From: an uncultured Ignavibacteria bacterium
Lineage (GTDB): Bacteria > Zixibacteria > MSB-5A5 > JAABVY01 > JAHJOQ01
DNA length: 64,000 nt
Direction of reading: 5' to 3'
Assembly (NCBI GenBank): GCA_964415885.1
Contig: CAYQCE010000005.1
Location: forward strand, 40,141 to 104,140
Below the pieces are notes generated by a model. The model did no database searches and had not been told where the DNA came from. It saw nothing but the letters and a program-made list of their open reading frames with translations. Numbering within the stretch: position 1 is the first letter of the stretch; every line of letters begins with the position of its first letter. The translations under genes and the position numbers were made by a program. Shown here in pieces: positions 56,638 to 64,000 of this stretch.

Positions 56638-58038
56638 CTATTTATCGACCACCGCCGCTGTCATGGATGCCTCTGTGACGAGGTTGCCATCGACGAATGC
56701 TCTCCCTTCCATCTTGCACGTATTGCGTCGGAACGCCACGAACTCCAGCTCGAAGCGAATCTGATCCCCCGGTATGACAGGCTTGCGAAACTTGACCTTG
56801 TCGATTCCCATGAAATAGACAAGCTTGTCAGCCGGTTCGTCGATTGCATTGAGCAGAAGGAACCCGCCCGCCTGAGCCATCGCCTCGACAATCAGCACAC
56901 CCGGCATAATCGGGTGGCCCGGGAAATGTCCCTGAAAAAACGGCTCGTTTATCGTGACATTCTTCAGAGCCACGACTTTCTTTTTGGGTTCGATATCAAT
57001 AATTCGATCTATGAGAAGGAATGGATACCGATGCGGCATAACGTCAAGTATCGAGCTGATATCGAGGAGCGCTCCTTCTTCAGTTGACATCCCTCCGCCG
57101 TACTTCTCCGAAATGAGCTGCTTTTCATATATCTTGCGCATTTTGCGAGCGACCGCAACATTTGCGGCATGCCCGGAGCGAGCCGCAAGAAAATGCGCCT
57201 TCACCGGAGCGCCGATCAGGGTCATGTCTCCCAGCAAATCGACAGCTTTGTGTCGCACAGGCTCGTTGTAGAAACGGAGTTCCTTGTCCTCGAGAATGCC
57301 GGTCGTGCCGAGATTGACATCCCGGTCAACACCGAGCATTTCCCGCAGCCGTCCCATTTCGTCTTCTCCGAACTCCTTGTCGACTATGACTATCGCCGTG
57401 TCGAGTCCTCCGCCCTTGATGATACCCTGCGAGCGCATCATCTCGACCTCCGAGAGAAAGCAGAATGTCCGGGCGGGCGCGAATTCATCCACGAACTCAT
57501 CTCGCAGCGAAACGAGAGATGTATACTGCGTGCCGAGAGCCTTGTTGGCATAGTCGACCAGAAATGTTATCCGGAATTCATCGGACGGAGTCACCACGAT
57601 ATCGACCTTGCGCTCAGGCTCTGAATAAGCGAACGGTTTGTCGAGAATCAGAAAACGCCGTTCTGCGTCCTGATCTACGAGCCCCGCCTCTAGGAGTTTC
57701 TCCACGAATGGAGTAATGGAGCCATCGAACACCGGTGGTTCGAGGTTGTCGAGCTCGCAGATTATATTGTCGATTTCGAGGCCGGCGATTGCCGCAAGGA
57801 CGTGCTCGACCGTATAGACCTTATTCCCATTTACTGCAAGGGTTGTGCCACGATTAAGGTCCGTAACGTGATCCACGATGGCGGGAATCTCCGGGCATCC
57901 GTCGATATCACAGCGAAGAAACGTGATCCCGTGATCGACTTCCGCCGGCCGGAAAGTGAGCTTCGATTTGCATCCCGTATGAAGACCGATGCCTTCGAGA
58001 GAGACGGGATGCGCGATTGTCCTTTGCTTATCGTTCAT
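56638..58038 (-). CDS. lpxC/fabZ: Bifunctional UDP-3-O-acyl-GlcNAc deacetylase / 3-hydroxyacyl-ACP dehydratase (LpxC-FabZ fusion)
   Basis: N-terminal LpxC (TIAHPVSLEGIGLHTGCKSKLTFRPA...HVLAA). C-terminal FabZ hot-dog fold (LLIDRIIDIEPKKKVVALKNVTINEPFFQGHFPGHPIMPGVLIVEAMAQ). Confidence 0.9.
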   Translation of the reverse strand: MNDKQRTIAHPVSLEGIGLHTGCKSKLTFRPAEVDHGITFLRCDIDGCPEIPAIVDHVTDLNRGTTLAVNGNKVYTVEHVLAAIAGLEIDNIICELDNLEPPVFDGSITPFVEKLLEAGLVDQDAERRFLILDKPFAYSEPERKVDIVVTPSDEFRITFLVDYANKALGTQYTSLVSLRDEFVDEFAPARTFCFLSEVEMMRSQGIIKGGGLDTAIVIVDKEFGEDEMGRLREMLGVDRDVNLGTTGILEDKELRFYNEPVRHKAVDLLGDMTLIGAPVKAHFLAARSGHAANVAVARKMRKIYEKQLISEKYGGGMSTEEGALLDISSILDVMPHRYPFLLIDRIIDIEPKKKVVALKNVTINEPFFQGHFPGHPIMPGVLIVEAMAQAGGFLLLNAIDEPADKLVYFMGIDKVKFRKPVIPGDQIRFELEFVAFRRNTCKMEGRAFVDGNLVTEASMTAAVVDK

Positions 58039-58167
58039 TACAGGACTCGATTATAATACTGCCCCGAAGGATTGTAAACTACTTTTTCTGCTCTCATAAG
58101 CCGTGCGGATCTCCATTTGCGCAAGATTGTTGACATTTGCTGCAGAATCGATATTATCACTGCATCG

Positions 58168-58222
58168 ATCGGCGATGGAGTTCGCCGCCAACCGCCGTCA
58201 AGGCTGATGACTCCTGTGAAAA
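58168..58222 (+). promoter_or_regulatory. Fluoride riboswitch (crcB RNA motif)
   Basis: GGCGATGGAGTTCGCC-GCCAACCGCC-GTCAAG-GCTGATGACTCCTGTG matches the fluoride-riboswitch consensus (GGCGAUGgnGuuCGCC...AACCGCC...GCUGAUGAunCCU). Located about 35 nt upstream of the crcB start. Confidence 0.85.
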
Positions 58223-58255
58223 TGCAACCGTGAACTTTCTGCCCGGAGTTGTTGT

Positions 58256-58636
58256 ATGTCAAAGATACTCGTAATCGGTCTTGGTGGCCTCATCGGGGCT
58301 ATCTCTCGTTACTACCTGAGTGAATATGTCCACAAAGTCCTCGGAGCTTCATTTCCCTATGGCACCTTGTCCGTGAATGTGCTCGGCTGCATGCTGGCCG
58401 GTTGCGTAATGTTTGCGGTAGAGGAGAAGCAAATATTCTCGCCCGAGATGGGATTGTTTATCTCGGTTGGGATACTTGGAGCGTTTACCACTTTTTCAAC
58501 CTTCGGATACGAAACTGTAGCTCTTCTGAGACAGAACCACTTTATTCCGGCTATGAGCACCGCTGCCGCAAATGTCATATTCGGTTTGGCGGCAGTATGG
58601 CTCGGTAGATCGGCCCTGCGGTTGCTCGTAGGGTGA
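58256..58636 (+). CDS. crcB: Fluoride ion channel CrcB/FluC
   Basis: 126 aa, 4 TM helices; GGxIGAxxRY motif (GGLIGAISRY) and the TTFSTF motif. Confidence 0.95.
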   Translation: MSKILVIGLGGLIGAISRYYLSEYVHKVLGASFPYGTLSVNVLGCMLAGCVMFAVEEKQIFSPEMGLFISVGILGAFTTFSTFGYETVALLRQNHFIPAMSTAAANVIFGLAAVWLGRSALRLLVG

Positions 58637-58680
58637 ATAACTGTAGACGAAGACCGGGGAATCCCTCCCAAATGTCCAAA

Positions 58681-58710
58681 ATCGGCTTGGGAAAGCCGAT
58701 GTATTTTCTT
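58681..58710 (+). terminator. Intrinsic terminator after crcB
   Basis: ATCGGCTT-GGGAA-AAGCCGAT perfect hairpin followed by a GTATTTTCTT U-tract. Confidence 0.65.
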
Positions 58711-58742
58711 ATCTTCCGCATCAAATTTCTGTGGAGGTAGAC

Positions 58743-60272
58743 ATGGCGCTAAGAATAGGCGATGAGAGATTGAAGATAGAGGGCGTCGTTCAGGTCGCCC
58801 GAGATCGTGACCAGATTGAGTTAACCGATAGCGCTTTCGAGCGCATCAAACACTGCCGGGCGTTCGTAGATCGGAAGATCGAGGAGCACGCCATCATGTA
58901 TGGCATAACGACCGGCATCGGCGAGCTTTCCGAAGTTTTTCTTCCGGCGGAACAGATCAAGGAATTTCAGAAGTACATAGTTTATAGTCATGCCGCCGGC
59001 ATCGGTGAGCCAATGGACGAGGAGGTTGTCCGTTCGGCAATCGTCTCGCGAATCAAGGTTTTGACCCAGGGCCATTCGGGTTGCCGCCCGATAATCGTCG
59101 AGACGATGCGTGAAATGCTGAACAAAGGCGTGACACCGGCTGTCTGCAAGCGCGGATCGGTCGCGGCTTGCGGCGATCTTGCTCCGATGTCGCAGATCGC
59201 ACTCGTCGTTATCGGTGAGGGTGAGGCTTTCTACGAGGGCAAGCGCATGCCCGCGAAAGAGGCTCTGAGCAAGGCGGGTATCAAACCTGCCGAGTTCGAG
59301 GCACGTGACGGTCTCGCGTGCATCAATGGATCGAATGTCATAACCGGTATGGGCGCGTTGCAGTTATTCGATACATGGACATTCACTAAGACAGCCGAGA
59401 TTGCCGCCGCGATGACTGTGGAGGTGCTGAAAGCTAACATGCTGGCCTATGATGAACGCCTTCACAAGATACGCGGATACAGGGGCGCCATAGAGTCGGC
59501 ATCCAACATCCGCAGAATGACCGAGGATTCCGAGATTCTCGCCCAGAAAGACAAGAAGGTGCAGGATTCATACTCGATGCGCAGCACTCCGCAGGTAATC
59601 GGCTCGGCGCGTGATACTTATCGCTGGTGCCGTGAGATGATCGAGACCGAACTGAACGGTGTCGGAGACAATCCCATCTTCTTCCCGGATGAGGATGGTG
59701 GTACGGTCCTGACCGGTGCGAATTTCCAGGGCACACCGATAGCATTCCCGCTCGAGGCAGTCGGAATTGCGGTTACAACCATCGGGGTTATGTCGGAGCG
59801 TCGCTCGAACCGTCTGTTGAACAAGAATCTCTCCGTTGGCCTTCCGGCGTTTCTGACCGAGGGTGCGGGGATGTGGTCGGGTATGATGCTTGTGCAGTAC
59901 ACCCAGGGTCAGCTCGTGTCCGAGTGCAGAGTGCTGACACATCCTGCGGCAACCGGGTCTATTCCGGCGGCGGCCGATCAGGAGGATTTTGTATCGATGG
60001 GGATGACTACAGCGATCAAGACCCGTCAGATTATCGACATGTGCGCATCCGTCGTGGGTATCGAGCTACTCTGCGCGGCACAGGCGGCGGACTTCCGTAA
60101 GCCAATGAATCTCGGTAAGGGCACTAAAGCCGTGTATGAGTGTATCCGTGATCACGTGTCATATATGAAAGAGGATCGTCCGCTATACGTGGACAACAAC
60201 AAGATGGCCGAGCTTGTCAAGTCCGGTGAAATCCTGAAAGCAGCGGAGGGAGCCGTAGGCAAGCTCGATTGA
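58743..60272 (+). CDS. Aromatic amino-acid ammonia-lyase (HAL/PAL family) with Ala-Cys-Gly in place of the MIO-forming Ala-Ser-Gly
   Basis: HAL-family motifs (YGITTGIG, DSYSMRSTPQVIG, DQEDFVSMG). MIO region reads GSVAACGDLAPMS, where the canonical sequence is GSxGASGDLAPL. Start at the ATG after GGAGG (MALRIGD). Confidence 0.8.
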   Translation: MALRIGDERLKIEGVVQVARDRDQIELTDSAFERIKHCRAFVDRKIEEHAIMYGITTGIGELSEVFLPAEQIKEFQKYIVYSHAAGIGEPMDEEVVRSAIVSRIKVLTQGHSGCRPIIVETMREMLNKGVTPAVCKRGSVAACGDLAPMSQIALVVIGEGEAFYEGKRMPAKEALSKAGIKPAEFEARDGLACINGSNVITGMGALQLFDTWTFTKTAEIAAAMTVEVLKANMLAYDERLHKIRGYRGAIESASNIRRMTEDSEILAQKDKKVQDSYSMRSTPQVIGSARDTYRWCREMIETELNGVGDNPIFFPDEDGGTVLTGANFQGTPIAFPLEAVGIAVTTIGVMSERRSNRLLNKNLSVGLPAFLTEGAGMWSGMMLVQYTQGQLVSECRVLTHPAATGSIPAAADQEDFVSMGMTTAIKTRQIIDMCASVVGIELLCAAQAADFRKPMNLGKGTKAVYECIRDHVSYMKEDRPLYVDNNKMAELVKSGEILKAAEGAVGKLD

Positions 60273-60304
60273 TGTAACAACCTTGCATTGTTAAAGGGGC
60301 GCAT

Positions 60305-61429
60305 GTGAACAATGTAAGATCCAGTGAGCGTCGTCGCTCGGCGCTTATCCTGAATTCGAGTCAGACAAAGAGACCGGCGGGAACCGATGAGTGGATCGTC
60401 AACACCGCAGCAGCGGTGTCATGGGCGATCGGCCAGAACCTCCGGGTGATAGCGTCGTACGGCCTCAATACGTACGAACTCGTGACTGCCATTGCGGGCG
60501 AGTACGGAGCGGAAGTTCTGCTTATAGCTCATCGTCCCGACATCGTCGATGAATCACGTTTCGCTCAACTGCTGAGCGATTTCGGTCTGCACACGCGACG
60601 CACCGAATTCGCTACCGTACCGAGTGAATCCGGATCGCCTAAATCGTGGTGGAAGAAACGCGATCGTATGGCAGTCAAGATTGCGGACGTCATACTGCCC
60701 GTCTCCATCAACCCCGACGGCAGATTAAGTCGGATTCTCGCTATGGAAGCCGTGCGCGGGAAGATCGACAACAAGTTCCGCGTGGACTATTCTCCCGAAC
60801 CGAGCGACAAATTCAAGCCGGTACCGATGGACTCACTCGTCCTCGATCCGTCTGAGAGCTTCGACTACCTCACGCACTGGACACGTTCTTTCGACCAGCC
60901 TTGGCCGAACGAAACCAGTGCGGAGTTCTACATGTCTATTGTCAACAGCGGGTTGGAATACTCTCATTCGGCGCTGAACACGCTGCGACACGTCCTGAAG
61001 ACTCGCGCTCTTTTCGGCTCATCCCGTCACATGAGAGATGATATCCACGCCGTGGGATTCAGCTATCTGCATCCGGCGGAGGCGGTGAAGCTTATGAAGT
61101 GGCGTCGTCGGTATGTCCGGCCCACGTTCGAGCCGTACGGCATAGCGATCGAGAAATCGTGCGCCGAGTTGGTTGGCGTTAGACCCGTCATCTATGGTAC
61201 TAAGGTCGACTATCAGAAACTCTCCGATATCGAACGGCCGTATTTCCAGAGTGAGGGAGAGAGACGCGGCGACTGGAAGCCGGAGCAGGAGTGGCGGTAC
61301 ATCGGCGATCTCGATCTGACATCCGTACCTCCCGATAGAATGAAATTGATCGTGCGGAAGAGATCCGAGATTGAGAGGATCGCGGAGGTAACCTCCGCCG
61401 AAGTGCTGGCATTGACCAACGAGGATTAG
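60305..61429 (+). CDS. Hypothetical protein with N-terminal DprA/SLOG-like Rossmann domain
   Basis: 374 aa. N-terminal region (AVSWAIGQNLRVIASYGLNTYELVTAIAGEYGAEVLLIAH...RDRMAVKIADVILPVSINPDGRLSRILAMEAVRGK) parallels DprA/SLOG motifs. C-terminal roughly 200 aa unassigned. 33 nt downstream of the HAL-family gene. Confidence 0.4.
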   Translation: MNNVRSSERRRSALILNSSQTKRPAGTDEWIVNTAAAVSWAIGQNLRVIASYGLNTYELVTAIAGEYGAEVLLIAHRPDIVDESRFAQLLSDFGLHTRRTEFATVPSESGSPKSWWKKRDRMAVKIADVILPVSINPDGRLSRILAMEAVRGKIDNKFRVDYSPEPSDKFKPVPMDSLVLDPSESFDYLTHWTRSFDQPWPNETSAEFYMSIVNSGLEYSHSALNTLRHVLKTRALFGSSRHMRDDIHAVGFSYLHPAEAVKLMKWRRRYVRPTFEPYGIAIEKSCAELVGVRPVIYGTKVDYQKLSDIERPYFQSEGERRGDWKPEQEWRYIGDLDLTSVPPDRMKLIVRKRSEIERIAEVTSAEVLALTNED

Positions 61430-63670
61430 TTACGACTTCAGCGGCTTGTCCATGTAACCCGGAAGCGTTTCGAAGTAGGTTTTGGACAGCTCTTCGAGTT
61501 CCAAATCGATCAAATCAATGATCTCGAGCCTGTCCCCGCCGACCGTGCCTGTCTGCTGAAATGCTATCCCGCTGTATTCAAGTACGGCTTTGACCTTGTG
61601 GAGCTGATTTTCCTCGCATGACACGATATACCGTGACTGCGATTCGGCGAAGAGGAGAATGTCAGGCCGAAGCTCCGACTCCACTGATACTCTGCAGCCG
61701 ATCTGCGAATCGATATCCGTGATGCAGCATTCCGCGAGCGCAACCGCGAACCCGCCGTCGGACAGGTCGTGGCACGATTTCAACAGACCCGAGGTGATCA
61801 GATTTCGCACCGCGTCCTGTGTCTTCTTCTCGTTATCGAGATCGAGCGCGGGAGCATCCCCGCAAACTCTGCCGTGTACCAGCTTCAGATATTCGCTTCC
61901 GCCGAGTTCCTCACGTGTCTGGCCGATCAAAAGAATGACGTCGCCGTCATCCTTGAAATACTGCGTCATAATGTGATCGACATCATCGATGATACCGAGC
62001 ATACCGATTGTCGGAGTCGGATATACGGCACGTCTTGTAATCTGGTCCTCATTGTAGAATGAGACATTTCCACCTGTGACCGGCGTATCAAAAATCCGGC
62101 AGGCATCGCCCATTCCGGCGACCGACTCCGCAAAATTCCAGTACATCTCGGGTTTGTACGGATTCCCGAAATTGAGGCAGTTCGTAATCGCAGCGGGACG
62201 GGCACCGGATGCCGTCACATTTCGTGCCGACTCCGCGACTGCTATCTGCGCTCCTCTGCGTGGATTGAGATAACAGTATCGGCCGTTACAGTCGGTCTTG
62301 AGTGCGATTGCCTTCTTCGTTTTGCGAATCCGAATCACGGCCGCATCCGATCCCGGCGCGACAGCCGTGTTGGTGCGCACCATGTGGTCATACTGGTGAT
62401 ATATCCACCGGCGGTCCGCTATGTTGGGCGAGCCGAGGATAGTAAGAAGCGTATCGTTCAGATCTTCCGGGACAGGCAGGCTGTCGATATCGAGCTTGTT
62501 GATCTCATCGAGATATGCCGGGCGCTTCTTCTCGCGATGATAAACCGGCGCTCCGCCGCCGAGCACCAGCGGGCTTGCGGGGACATCCGCCACTATCTCG
62601 CCGTTAAGCTTGACTATCACGCGGTCGTCATCGATGACCTGCCCAACCTTGACCGCATGCAGGCCCCATTTCTTGAATATCTTTCGCACACGGTCTTCCT
62701 TGCCGCGCTGCACGACCACCATCATACGCTCCTGCGATTCGGACAGCATGATCTCGTACGGTATCATATTCTCCTCACGCACCGGAACGAGCGAAAGCTC
62801 GATTTCCATACCCGATCCACCGCGCTCGGACATCTCGGTCGAACAGCAGGTAATCCCCGCCGCGCCCATATCCTGCACGCCGACGATCAGGTCCTCCTTG
62901 ATGATCTCGAGTGTGGCCTCGAGCAGAAGCTTCTCTGTAAACGGGTCGCCGATCTGAACCGACGGCCGCTTGGATTCCGTAGCTTCAGATATCTCTTCGG
63001 ATGCAAACGTCGCGCCGTGGATGCCGTCTCGCCCGGTGGATGAACCGACGATATAGACCGGGTTGCCTTTGCCTTTCGCGGTGCCGGAGACTATGCCGTC
63101 CGATTTGACTATTCCGACCGCCATCGCATTGACCAGCGGATTGCCGAAATAGCATTCCTCGAAATATACCTCGCCGCCGACTGTCGGCACGCCGAACGAG
63201 TTGCCGTAGTCGCCGATCCCCTTGACCGCGCCGTTGAACAGGTAGCGGCTGCGGGGTTCCTCGAGATTTCCGAACCGGAGCGAGTCGAGGCAGGCGATAG
63301 GACGCGCACCCATGGTAAACACATCGCGGAGTATCCCGCCAACACCGGTTGCCGCCGCCTGGTATGGTTCGACTGCGGTTGGATGGTTGTGCGATTCTAT
63401 CTTGAACACGATCGCGAGGCCGTCTCCGATATCGACCGCACCGGCGTTCTCCTCGCCGGCCTTGGTAAGAAGCGCGGAGCCGTCACGCGGGAGCGTTTTC
63501 AGGAGCGCGATGGAATTCTTATACGAGCAGTGTTCGGACCACATGACGGAGAATATACCGAGTTCGGTGTATGTGGGAGTGCGCCCGAGAATGTCGAGCA
63601 TGCGGTTGTATTCTTCCTCGGTGAGCCCGTGCTCGAACCCGAGTTTAAGATCGACTTTCGGTTCATCCAT
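61430..63670 (-). CDS. purL: Phosphoribosylformylglycinamidine synthase subunit PurL
   Basis: MDEPK...[19 protein letters not shown]...[28 protein letters not shown]; start at the internal ATG, with AGGAGG at 6-nt spacing. Confidence 0.95.
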   Translation of the reverse strand: MDEPKVDLKLGFEHGLTEEEYNRMLDILGRTPTYTELGIFSVMWSEHCSYKNSIALLKTLPRDGSALLTKAGEENAGAVDIGDGLAIVFKIESHNHPTAVEPYQAAATGVGGILRDVFTMGARPIACLDSLRFGNLEEPRSRYLFNGAVKGIGDYGNSFGVPTVGGEVYFEECYFGNPLVNAMAVGIVKSDGIVSGTAKGKGNPVYIVGSSTGRDGIHGATFASEEISEATESKRPSVQIGDPFTEKLLLEATLEIIKEDLIVGVQDMGAAGITCCSTEMSERGGSGMEIELSLVPVREENMIPYEIMLSESQERMMVVVQRGKEDRVRKIFKKWGLHAVKVGQVIDDDRVIVKLNGEIVADVPASPLVLGGGAPVYHREKKRPAYLDEINKLDIDSLPVPEDLNDTLLTILGSPNIADRRWIYHQYDHMVRTNTAVAPGSDAAVIRIRKTKKAIALKTDCNGRYCYLNPRRGAQIAVAESARNVTASGARPAAITNCLNFGNPYKPEMYWNFAESVAGMGDACRIFDTPVTGGNVSFYNEDQITRRAVYPTPTIGMLGIIDDVDHIMTQYFKDDGDVILLIGQTREELGGSEYLKLVHGRVCGDAPALDLDNEKKTQDAVRNLITSGLLKSCHDLSDGGFAVALAECCITDIDSQIGCRVSVESELRPDILLFAESQSRYIVSCEENQLHKVKAVLEYSGIAFQQTGTVGGDRLEIIDLIDLELEELSKTYFETLPGYMDKPLKS

Positions 63671-63804
63671 CCCGTACCTCCTGAAAGAAGTCGAATCCCT
63701 CACGGATTCGACATGTCGAAACCACAGAAATTCCGACCTACGTGCTGCAATTAATGTGTTTGTGACGGCGGGTCAACGGGAAAGTGTGGGGGCCGCCGGA
63801 GGAG

Positions 63805-63976
63805 GGTCTGCCGTGAGACAAACCTCACGACCCTGTCATTCCCGCGAGGGTCTGCCGTGAGGCAAACCTCACCACCCTGTCATTCTCCGAGGGTCTGCTG
63901 TTAAGCAGACTTCACCACCCTGCCATTCCCGCGAGGGCTTGCTGTTAAGCAGGCCCGAAAGCGGGAATCCAGTGCC
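63805..63976. repeat. Tandem array of four roughly 43-44-bp hairpin repeat units (window edge)
   Basis: Units GGTCTGCCGTGAGACAAACCTCACGACCCTGTCATTCCCGCGAG, GGTCTGCCGTGAGGCAAACCTCACCACCCTGTCATTCTCCGAG, GGTCTGCTGTTAAGCAGACTTCACCACCCTGCCATTCCCGCGAG, GGCTTGCTGTTAAGCAGGCCCGAAAGCGGGAATCC. Each has an internal inverted repeat; motifs are related to the interspersed repeats elsewhere. No spacers. Confidence 0.7.
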
Positions 63977-64000
63977 CGTTCAATTGTAGGGAAACGCTAA

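Noticed and set aside
62384-63043. 219-aa plus-strand ORF
   Set aside because: Antisense inside purL.
63805-63976. Possible CRISPR array
   Set aside because: Units are directly adjacent with no unique spacers, and unit sequences drift.

Overview
This 64 kb window is a densely coded, roughly 55-58% GC bacterial contig with genes on both strands and frequent GTG/TTG starts. The organism is diderm (lpxA, an lpxC-fabZ fusion, two LptF/LptG permeases, an Omp85-type patatin autotransporter and several OM beta-barrels). The LpxC/FabZ fusion and a PorP/SprF-like domain point, by inference, to an uncultured FCB-superphylum lineage. Most genes are housekeeping (rnr, mreB, rpmE, prfA, prmC, purL, tldD/pmbA, lpxA, lpxC-fabZ). 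Smaller accessory modules include: (1) an LTD-protein/OM-protein/sigma-54 regulator/RNase R operon; (2) a rubredoxin plus rubrerythrin-like redox pair; (3) a probable glycosyl-glycerate compatible-solute cluster (HAD-IIB MPGP-like phosphatase and two GT-A glycosyltransferases) near an MscS channel; (4) a GNAT/racemase-like/Na+-solute symporter operon; (5) an orphan radical-SAM/SPASM enzyme; and (6) a fluoride riboswitch upstream of crcB followed by a HAL-family ammonia-lyase with an Ala-Cys-Gly MIO triad and an unknown DprA/SLOG-like protein. The most interesting feature is a compact four-gene bacterial-microcompartment module at 48.3-51.2 kb: a BMC-H with a C-terminal Rho_N/SAP-like extension, an EutN-like BMC-P, a PduS-like RnfC-type flavo-FeS protein, and a PduT-like BMC-T that keeps the Fe-S Cys. 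It has no cargo or signature enzyme and is bracketed on both sides by direct copies of a mosaic interspersed repeat family. That family recurs in at least five intergenic regions and appears as a tandem array at the 3' end of the window. Some CDS start coordinates are uncertain by a few codons because several of my displayed-sequence counts disagree by 1 nt with the ORF track, which I could not reconcile by eye; I set most internal starts from the ORF-track frame (SppA 29345 and DUF4097 30591 explicitly), and the uncertainty is noted per feature.
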